DNA of 64,000 nucleotides from a virus (Duplodnaviria; Caudoviricetes): IMG/VR virus record IMGVR_UViG_3300000553_000030, positions 1,805 to 65,804 of that record; one strand, 5' to 3'. Shown piece by piece: positions 49,583 to 57,294 of this stretch (position 1 is its first letter; each line of letters starts with the position of its first letter). The notes under the pieces were generated by a model. It saw only the letters and a program-made list of their open reading frames with translations, ran no database searches and was not told where the DNA came from. The position numbers and the translations under genes were made by a program.

Positions 49583-50661
49583 TTTATGTTCCTTTTTAGT
49601 TTGTCGTGATTTTTATCATCAATTGTGATAATTTTTTTATTTATAAAATTTTCAATATATTCTAAATTATACTTTGATATGTCAAACGTATTTTCTGTTA
49701 TATACTTACAAGTTAAATTATACTCTTTACAATATTCTTTCAGTGCATTATACTTTAACACATTTTCATCAGTAGTCAACAATTTATATGGTTTTATTTC
49801 ACAAATTTCGATGCCATTTATTACAATATCGGGACAATATGTTCTATGAATATTCTTCATTTTATATTTTATTCTATGTTTGGATGGGGCAAATTTAATA
49901 TTATTTTCCATTAAATATAAAAATATTTTAAGTTCTAATGTTGATCTACAAAAATATATATTTCCCACGCGATTGATATGACATTTTACTCCTATTCCAG
50001 CTTCTTTTCCGGGAGATTTTCCGTACATTGGATTTAACTTTCCAGTTTGTGGATTGTCTTTTGGATAACCATATCGTTCACATAATTGTTTACATTTTTT
50101 TTCACCAAACCCAAATTCTTTTTTAAGTTGTTTGTATACCATTTCTTTATAAATTAATCTGAATTTTAATTCTTCAAATCGTTTAATTATTTCAGGTGTT
50201 ATTGGTTTTAATTCTTTATTTTTTAATGTTAATGCTGACAATTTTCCGTTTACTCGTGCAAGTTTGGCTTTCTTTTTTTTACCATTCTCTACAGCAATAT
50301 CATACAATCCAACAAAAATCAAATAATTGTTAACCTGTTTAATCGGTATATTTATCAATTTCCAAACATCATATGTTGTATAACCTTCATTTTGTATGCC
50401 GTTTCTTATTTTTTCACCAAAAGTATCGTGAACATTTAAATTTTGAAAATAATGACGGTTATCAACATCTTGTTTTGATTTATTAGATTTATACAATTGA
50501 TTATTTTCTTTTAATTTATTATATACACCATTGGCCTTTGCTATTCTATGTATCGGTTTTATCCCAATCAACATGCTATTTGCAATGTCTACCTGTCCCA
50601 TTCCACAATTTATAAAATTAATCAATTTTTGCTCATCTACTATTGTTTTTTTCATATACAT
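49579..50661 (-). CDS. Free-standing TnsA-like PD-(D/E)XK endonuclease inside uvsX
   Basis: GKLNPMYGK, CRSTLE...TYCPDI...EIKP; ATGA-coupled to the next piece. Confidence 0.75.
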   Translation of the reverse strand: MYMKKTIVDEQKLINFINCGMGQVDIANSMLIGIKPIHRIAKANGVYNKLKENNQLYKSNKSKQDVDNRHYFQNLNVHDTFGEKIRNGIQNEGYTTYDVWKLINIPIKQVNNYLIFVGLYDIAVENGKKKKAKLARVNGKLSALTLKNKELKPITPEIIKRFEELKFRLIYKEMVYKQLKKEFGFGEKKCKQLCERYGYPKDNPQTGKLNPMYGKSPGKEAGIGVKCHINRVGNIYFCRSTLELKIFLYLMENNIKFAPSKHRIKYKMKNIHRTYCPDIVINGIEICEIKPYKLLTTDENVLKYNALKEYCKEYNLTCKYITENTFDISKYNLEYIENFINKKIITIDDKNHDKLKRNIK

Positions 50662-50701
50662 TCCATTGGTCGTATACTATAAATAGTAGGATAGGTAACG
50701 A

Positions 50702-51019
50702 TTATTCAATAATAACTTTAATTTTTGTGTCTTCGGTGACACAGCCTTCCAAACCATTTAATTCAACCATACGACCCACAGGCAAACCGCCATGCGGCTT
50801 ATTACTAATTGCCAAATCCAATAATGCATTTCCTGTTGATACCCAATCTGTTATAGTAGAGGGATCGTCTTGTTCATCCAAGAAATATGCCATTTTTCCA
50901 CCATCTTTATTTGATTTATTTAATACATCGGCCAAGTCAGATAACAATTCATCCTTGGTATCTGGTTTTACGTCAACATTTATATTTTCTGTGATATTTT
51001 CGCATTTCTTTTTAGCCAT
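50702..51019 (-). CDS. UvsX/RecA N-extein plus 13-aa split intein N-part
   Basis: WVSTGNALLDLAI...GGLPVGRMVELNGLEG|CVTEDTKIKVIIE*. Confidence 0.9.
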   Translation of the reverse strand: MAKKKCENITENINVDVKPDTKDELLSDLADVLNKSNKDGGKMAYFLDEQDDPSTITDWVSTGNALLDLAISNKPHGGLPVGRMVELNGLEGCVTEDTKIKVIIE

Positions 51020-51044
51020 AAAATTTTCCTTTTGTTTTAAATCT

Positions 51045-51072
51045 GGAGAGGTGGGATTGGCCCACTCTCTCC
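51045..51072 (-). terminator. Putative terminator/attenuator hairpin after SSB gene
   Basis: GGAGAG-GTGGG-attgg-CCCAC-tCTCTCC. Confidence 0.5.
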
Positions 51073-51104
51073 GATTTATTTTGTAACCTTATTATTTACT
51101 ACTA

Positions 51105-51941
51105 TTACTTGCCGAACAGATCATCGAAAGCTTTATTCAAGTCTTCCTTTGCTGCTGGGGCCGCTTTTACAACTGGTGTTGCGGGAGCAGCTTCCTGTTT
51201 AACTTCTTCCTGTGCTGCTTCTGCCGGAGCATTATATGCCTTTCCAACTTCTGCTGCCGGAATGTTATCTGTATCTTCCACTTCTGGGTGCAGATATGCA
51301 ATCATAACACTCTTTAATTCATCATAACTCAACTCCGGCCAACATTCGAGAATGTCCGGTTGGTTCTTAATCTTTTCAATCAAATCCTTGCGAGAAGGAT
51401 CGACTGCGGGAGTTTGATTTGGCTTGCAACGAATAGTGGTTTCCGGGAAGTCTTTCTTGGCTTCTTCGGCGGATTTAAATTCGACAACAATATCACGACC
51501 ATTCGCCAAGTCCGTAATATCACCGTAATCCGGGTCTGCGATAATCGAGAGAATGCTCTCATAAACTCGCTTACCAAATCCCCAAAAACGAACACCCTTT
51601 TCTTCCTCGCCACGCACAATGATAGGAACATATGTTCGCATCTTTGGTTCCAATTTCTTACCTTCCTTCCAATCTTCCTTATTACCAGCAGTCTTCAACT
51701 TATTGGAAAACTCCACAATAGGATCGGGACGATTAAACGTATCAGGTGAGAGATAGGTCTTTCCATTCAAGTTATAGTGAAACTTTAACTCAACGAATGG
51801 GTTTCCGGGAGACTTCGCGTTGGGTACAATACGAATTTGCTTCGAGCCGGGGGTTGGTTTCCAAACCATTGCAGATTTGGGGTTATTTGTGTTTGAAAGA
51901 GAACTCAAACGATTCTTAATTTTTTCAATGTCTAATGCCAT
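51105..51941 (-). CDS. Single-stranded DNA-binding protein (gp32-like)
   Basis: WKP...IRIVP, PF.E..FHY, VRFWGFGK, YGDITD...GRD, terminal AFDDLF. Confidence 0.8.
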   Translation of the reverse strand: MALDIEKIKNRLSSLSNTNNPKSAMVWKPTPGSKQIRIVPNAKSPGNPFVELKFHYNLNGKTYLSPDTFNRPDPIVEFSNKLKTAGNKEDWKEGKKLEPKMRTYVPIIVRGEEEKGVRFWGFGKRVYESILSIIADPDYGDITDLANGRDIVVEFKSAEEAKKDFPETTIRCKPNQTPAVDPSRKDLIEKIKNQPDILECWPELSYDELKSVMIAYLHPEVEDTDNIPAAEVGKAYNAPAEAAQEEVKQEAAPATPVVKAAPAAKEDLNKAFDDLFGK

Positions 51942-52144
51942 AATTAATAATTCCTTAATTAATTTTACTGAGCTAATTGGACCAGTTATAGGTCGGTTCT
52001 CAGTGTTACTAATACATATCTAACTATATAGGAAAAATTAATCTTTGCAACAGAAATATTAATTTTATTTTGAACTATTTTTATAACAACTTACTATAAG
52101 AATTATTATTTTAATTCAGTAACAAGTATACCATTTTCCAAATT

Positions 52145-52430
52145 TTACAACGAGAGTTTATTAATCAATTGTTCTAGAATTTTTAATTCCGACATAATAA
52201 TCTGTGCATGTTTTGATGTCTCGTGGTACGTTTTTAGGAACGAATCCTCTGCGTAATCATCCACCAATTCTTTAATATGTGCCAGAGATTTGTAAGATTT
52301 TGTGATTCTATTCCACTCCGTTACAATTGCTATTGCAGAGGAGTGACAATACATAATTGGAGAAACTGTTGAGGCATTGTTCTCTGACAATAACTTCCTC
52401 GATTAATTGTTTCAATTCACTTTTATTCAT
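52145..52430 (-). CDS. MNKSELK-motif protein apparently broken by one extra base near 52391
   Basis: ATG 52430 reads MNKSELKQLIEEV; a +1 shift joins LSENNASTV...KLSL*. Confidence 0.45.
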
Positions 52431-52435
52431 GTAAT

Positions 52436-52993
52436 TTATTCCTCGAAATATGCTTTATAATTATCTACGGATTCGTGTAATGAATCATGTGCTTTATCAT
52501 TAACAATTTCAGGATGTTCATTGTTGAGCCAATCCAATTCATCATCTGTCAATGGTCTACCTTCATATGATGCGGCTGAAATATAAGCATCACAAAAATC
52601 TGGATAATCACTGCGATCAATTCCGTCCACTTCAATATCTTGTAATTTATTTACATCAATATTGATTGGTTGTTGAGAATCTCGTTGGTCTTGATGAATC
52701 TGATCGATATCCCCTGTTTGAATAGGATCCTTAATTTCTGAATTCTGAGAAGCAAATCTATTCTCATCAACAACATGACCGAGGGATTTTAATTTGGCTT
52801 GGATAGCCCAGTATTGTTTCTTAGCATCACCGGCACCTTTCAAGTCCTCCTTATCTTCGAGATAGCCAATTACATTATCAAAATATGCCAATTGTTTCTT
52901 TAAATTGTCAACATTGTTATCTAGAACGGGAGCACCGGCATCCGTTTCGTTAAGACATTCATTAATTAGTTGTTTAAATTGTTCTTTTTTCAT
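52436..52993 (-). CDS. Acidic MKKEQFK-motif hypothetical protein
   Basis: MKKEQFKQLINECLNE; C-terminal DGID..DYPDFCDAYISAA...LTDDEL domain. Confidence 0.65.
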   Translation of the reverse strand: MKKEQFKQLINECLNETDAGAPVLDNNVDNLKKQLAYFDNVIGYLEDKEDLKGAGDAKKQYWAIQAKLKSLGHVVDENRFASQNSEIKDPIQTGDIDQIHQDQRDSQQPINIDVNKLQDIEVDGIDRSDYPDFCDAYISAASYEGRPLTDDELDWLNNEHPEIVNDKAHDSLHESVDNYKAYFEE

Positions 52994-53054
52994 ATTGTTA
53001 TCCTTGCGGTATAATTGTCGTGTAATATATAAATAGATAATTAAACTATAAAAG

Positions 53055-53486
53055 TTACGATAATTCTGTACTTACTGATGTTGCTGGTATTATACCTTCA
53101 TCAATTTGGTTGACATACCCAGTCGACTTAATACCCTGACCAGAAGAATTTGCCATTACTTTTATCTTTGGGTTAAAATTGTGCCAATCTCCTAAATGCC
53201 CATGTTTTAAATGGCAGTCAATACCAGGACACTCGCATAATGTAATTAAATTGGCATCTATCAATTCGTCTGCCTCATTTAAGTGGAAAGGAATCATATG
53301 ATGTACCTGTAAATCCGTCACTCCTCCACACATTCTACAGTATGGTTCTTCTATTATATGATGCTTTCTCACAGTTTTCCATTTGTCCGATCTTGGAGGT
53401 TCTCCCAGAAATTTTGGGGTAAATATTATTGGGGCATCTGTCAATATTTCCACAGAACTTGTTATTTCTTGTGTCGAATCTTCCAT
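53055..53486 (-). CDS. Small HNH endonuclease
   Basis: CRMCG...LQVHHMIP...NLITLCE...CHLKHGH. Confidence 0.8.
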   Translation of the reverse strand: MEDSTQEITSSVEILTDAPIIFTPKFLGEPPRSDKWKTVRKHHIIEEPYCRMCGGVTDLQVHHMIPFHLNEADELIDANLITLCECPGIDCHLKHGHLGDWHNFNPKIKVMANSSGQGIKSTGYVNQIDEGIIPATSVSTELS

Positions 53487-53888
53487 TTAAAACCTAACTA
53501 TATTTACCAAATTCAAATTGACTACTTTATAACCAATATCATTAGTTATGATTAGACAATTCTTATACAATTCCCAGTTAATTTTGAAATTCCTGTCAAT
53601 TACACCATTATTTTCTTCTTTCACAATGCAATTCAAACTGTTTATGGTATAGAGTGTACCTGTTTCTTTTTTGCGGTGAATGGATATAGTCAGTGGGAAT
53701 TTTTCTTGGATTTCTTTAAGTTTTACATTGTATGTCATTATTACTTCGTTCTTATTAGACACGTTTTCAAAGATGAAGATCGTTTTATCCGGTAGAAAAT
53801 ATACTTGTTTTATCGAAGATATGGCAGAGGTATATTCTTCCGGAGTGGAAAATGTACATAACAACTGATATCCGGTCCTATTAATCAT
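53487..53888 (-). CDS. Phage hypothetical protein
   Basis: QLLCTF...TYNV...TISIHRKKET.TLYTINSLN; tight operon context. Confidence 0.65.
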   Translation of the reverse strand: MINRTGYQLLCTFSTPEEYTSAISSIKQVYFLPDKTIFIFENVSNKNEVIMTYNVKLKEIQEKFPLTISIHRKKETGTLYTINSLNCIVKEENNGVIDRNFKINWELYKNCLIITNDIGYKVVNLNLVNIVRF

Positions 53889-54672
53889 TTTTAATCAGCC
53901 GAATTAGTTGTCTATTTTTTTCTTCATTATATATGGTTTTGCCTACTACATAACCATCTTTATCATACCACAAATTATTCAAAGTGCACTTTAAACCGAT
54001 TTTTTTACCTTCGTCCAAAGTGATTTCTTCTGTTTTCAGCAATCTTTCAGTATATTCTTCCTCTGCCTTCTTTTGTTCCGGTGTCTTTTCGGGAGCAATT
54101 GGTGTTTCTGGAACAGCTTGGGCTGGAGGAGTTCCGGCGGGAGGAAGCGTTGGTAATGGATTGGATGCCACTGGAGGAGCAGGGGCAGGCACGGGAGCTG
54201 GTTGCAATTGTCCTTGAGGAACATTTGTTTGGTCTGCTTCCTTTCCCTTTGGAGAAGTTTGGGGCAATTCTGCCGGAGCAGCTGTGGGTGGGGCAGGTGC
54301 AGGGGCAGGAGCAACAGGAGCTGCCGGGGTTACTGCTTGTGCAGGTGCTGCTGGTTGTCCTTGAAATGATATATTAGGGGCTTTTTTTGTTGGGTCTTGT
54401 TCAAAGTGAGTGCCACGTTGGAGTGCTCGTTGTTTATATGCTGGTGTTGGAAATGTAACTAATAGACCATTCTTATTCCATGCCTGTCTGTCAGGAAAAC
54501 GGCCTTCCAATATCTTGTTTCTGATTCCGATGGATTCTTCTTTGGTGATACCATATTTTTCAAGATATTCCTGGAGAATGTCCATATGTAAATCGTTTTC
54601 AAGCATGAAGGTTCCATCTTGAATTCTTTCATCAAGACATATTCTATTTAGTAACTTATCTGTTGTTTTCAT
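53881..54672 (-). CDS. Pro/Ala-rich hypothetical protein
   Basis: N-terminal ERIQDG..LEN..H..ILQEYL; central PAPAP low-complexity tract. Confidence 0.65.
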   Translation of the reverse strand: MKTTDKLLNRICLDERIQDGTFMLENDLHMDILQEYLEKYGITKEESIGIRNKILEGRFPDRQAWNKNGLLVTFPTPAYKQRALQRGTHFEQDPTKKAPNISFQGQPAAPAQAVTPAAPVAPAPAPAPPTAAPAELPQTSPKGKEADQTNVPQGQLQPAPVPAPAPPVASNPLPTLPPAGTPPAQAVPETPIAPEKTPEQKKAEEEYTERLLKTEEITLDEGKKIGLKCTLNNLWYDKDGYVVGKTIYNEEKNRQLIRLIKND

Positions 54673-54677
54673 AAATG

Positions 54678-56423
54678 TTATTTACCCCAGTCTATATCAT
54701 CGTCCAAATTCAAATTCTTTCCCACCTGAGAAAAGTCTCCAACCCACTGTCCTTTTACCCATCGTAAATTGATATCGAATTGAATTATGGATCTATTCCC
54801 AATAAATACCTCAATTTTAGAGGAAAAGTCTGAATAATCTTCTTTGGGGGTGGAGACTACTTTAAATTGTCCCGATTTTTCTTTCGTGGCAATCGCATTA
54901 TAAGAAGGTATCATATACACTTTCTTCCCACCTCTGGAAACATACATATAAGATGTCGCATTTTCCGATGCCAAGGATTTGGCCAAGAATAATGGAATGT
55001 TTGCAGTCTTGTTGTTTTTATTATCATTGATATAGCGATTGATATTATCAGTCAAAAATTTCTTTTTATATTCTGTATATTTTCCGATAAAGTTTCTAAT
55101 TTCACTGCTTGCTGCTGGATGAGATATGTTTTTTAGATCTCCGTATAGTTTAGAATAAAATTTTTCCATATTTGAATTCTGACTATATATAGGATATGTT
55201 ATTGTTTTAGGGTCAAATGGGGCTATGGAACCAAATTTTTTCTTATCATATTTCGTGTAAATGGAATTTAATCCACCTACGTAAAATCTTAATAGTGTAT
55301 CAATATCTGTCGGATATCGCTTATATAATTCTTCCAAAAGACTTGTGTTCTCTCCATATACAATTCCACATAAATTTTGTAATGTTTCTCGTGTGGATAC
55401 ATATCCCAGCTGTCCTGCCTGATATTTGAGAGAAATACTCAGTTTTTCTTCTGATGTTATCGTAATAATCGCGTCGGCTACAGTTTTCATCCCAGTTGCA
55501 AATACTCTGATAATAAATTGTGGTTGTTTTTCCCCATACAATTCATAAAATTTTTCGTATGCTCCGGCTGCACAATTAGCGGCGTCATCCCTGCGCAGCA
55601 TTATCTCAGGGGAATATTCCGGAACACCTTTCAATACATCTTCAAATAGTGTCATTATTTTTTGTCTATTTTCCGGAGTAATTTTAATAGCAGAATTCAA
55701 TACCTTCCGTAGACTGTCATTATTTGTTACACTGGCAAGATTGTTTACTTTGGAATTTCCTTGATGGAGCATTTCAGATAGTGCTATTACAAAGAAGCAT
55801 TCATGTAAATGTTCTGTTAACCCGACAATTGATATTTGTCCGGAAGTTTTCTTGGCGGGATTTATGAAAAATGTGTTTAATTGTTTCCCAATGGGAAGAT
55901 AAAATAAAACATAATCAGAACCTTCTAGTTCCCATAATGACATCGTTTTATCTTCAGGACCATCATAAATTATGGGCCAATGACCAGAAATCTTAATCTG
56001 AAGTTTTTCGTGGGTTGATGTTCCGGGTGGACATCTTTTTATTAACGAATTGTTATCAATGGAATCGAGAACCGATAGCATTTCCACTGCCCCTTCATAT
56101 GCCTTCTTTTCCTGGGGCGTTTCTTTTGGGATATCATTGAGATATTTTTGTTTAACAACTTTGAGTTTGTTAAGGAATGCCTGTTGGACCTTTAATTCGG
56201 TGTATTCTGTAGTATCCCCTGGCATTAATGTTAGCTCATCTAATACCCCCGCACTTTCAAATAGAAAATTTAATTTGTTTATATCGAAATAGTGTTGGTA
56301 TTCGTTTTCAATCAAGAAAGACTCAAAGTGATACAAGTCTTGACTATTTTTAATATCAAAGTATGCACCACCATCTTCTCTCTCGGCAAAATATTCGGTT
56401 AGTATGTTATCTAAAGTGACCAT
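54678..56423 (-). CDS. Large protein with PD-(D/E)XK restriction-endonuclease-like motif
   Basis: LHE...TVADAII...LSISLKY; TATTTAT motif upstream. Confidence 0.5.
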   Translation of the reverse strand: MVTLDNILTEYFAEREDGGAYFDIKNSQDLYHFESFLIENEYQHYFDINKLNFLFESAGVLDELTLMPGDTTEYTELKVQQAFLNKLKVVKQKYLNDIPKETPQEKKAYEGAVEMLSVLDSIDNNSLIKRCPPGTSTHEKLQIKISGHWPIIYDGPEDKTMSLWELEGSDYVLFYLPIGKQLNTFFINPAKKTSGQISIVGLTEHLHECFFVIALSEMLHQGNSKVNNLASVTNNDSLRKVLNSAIKITPENRQKIMTLFEDVLKGVPEYSPEIMLRRDDAANCAAGAYEKFYELYGEKQPQFIIRVFATGMKTVADAIITITSEEKLSISLKYQAGQLGYVSTRETLQNLCGIVYGENTSLLEELYKRYPTDIDTLLRFYVGGLNSIYTKYDKKKFGSIAPFDPKTITYPIYSQNSNMEKFYSKLYGDLKNISHPAASSEIRNFIGKYTEYKKKFLTDNINRYINDNKNNKTANIPLFLAKSLASENATSYMYVSRGGKKVYMIPSYNAIATKEKSGQFKVVSTPKEDYSDFSSKIEVFIGNRSIIQFDINLRWVKGQWVGDFSQVGKNLNLDDDIDWGK

Positions 56424-56466
56424 TATAGTATAACTATAAATATGGCCAGCATTAACAAAAATATCA

Positions 56467-56568
56467 TTATAATTCGATGTAAATCATGTCATGATAGTTT
56501 TTTCCGGCATAACACTTAATAGGAAACTGGTCTTTAATCATTATCTGCTTAATTAATAAAATTGTCGT
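56467..56568 (-). pseudogene. Orphan duplicate of the PolA-like polymerase C-terminus
   Basis: Reads IKQIMIKDQFPIKCYAGKNYHDMIYIEL* versus VRDILVNEQFPVKCYAGRTYHNMAIIDL* at the end of 57281-58669. Confidence 0.75.
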
Positions 56569-56596
56569 TTACAGTTTATCGTTTATATTTATTAAC

Positions 56597-56758
56597 ATGG
56601 GAAGAAAACAAATATATAAAACGTATGAACAATTGCTTGCGGTTAATAAGCTTCGCGCAAATGAATATTATGCAAAAAATAAAGACGTTGTAAATAAGAA
56701 GCGACGAGAACGATATAAACAATTAAAGAATCAGTCGAGGTTGATTATCAATGAGTAG
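56597..56758 (+). CDS. Small basic 'MGRK' protein (53 aa)
   Basis: Manual translation MGRKQIYKTYEQLLAVNKLRANEYYAKNKDVVNKKRRERYKQLKNQSRLIINE*; TATTTAT 4 nt upstream. Confidence 0.65.
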   Translation: MGRKQIYKTYEQLLAVNKLRANEYYAKNKDVVNKKRRERYKQLKNQSRLIINE

Positions 56759-57294
56759 AAAATGGGATACTGAAAAATTTATTAAATTTGCTGATTCTAT
56801 TAGGGGAAACGAATATAATTATAACAAATTTATTTATAAAAACAGTTATACTAAAGGGATAATCATACATAGAACGTGCGGGAATGAATTTTTACAAAGT
56901 CCAAATGCTCATATAAGTAAAAAATATGGTTGTCCAGTTTGTGGAGGGACGTTTAAATCTAATACTGTTAATTTTATAAATAATGCAAAAAATATACACC
57001 AAAATAAATATGATTATTCAAAATTCGTGTATATTAACAATTCGACCATATGATTCTAAAGCCAATACAATCTATGAATTTCTAGGAGATTACTGGCATG
57101 GAAACCCAGTCAAATATGACAAAAACAATACAAACGAAAAATGTAAAAAAACATTTGGAGAATTGTATAAAAACACCTTTATACGATTAAACAAATTGAA
57201 AGACTCTGGATACGTAGTTAAATATATTTGGGAATATGATTGGATTCTATTTAAGAACAAACTAGACAACTGTCCGAAAATTATAAATCTATGA
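56751..57294 (+). pseudogene. Endonuclease (CxxC repeat plus Vsr-like) with internal deletion and frameshift
   Basis: First ORF stops mid-repeat; second frame has IYEFLGDYWHGNP...GYVVKYIWE without the preceding core. Confidence 0.7.

Noticed and set aside
54081-54377. GC-rich repetitive tract and antisense ORFs
   Set aside because: Explained by Pro/Ala codons of the minus-strand protein; not a DNA repeat array.
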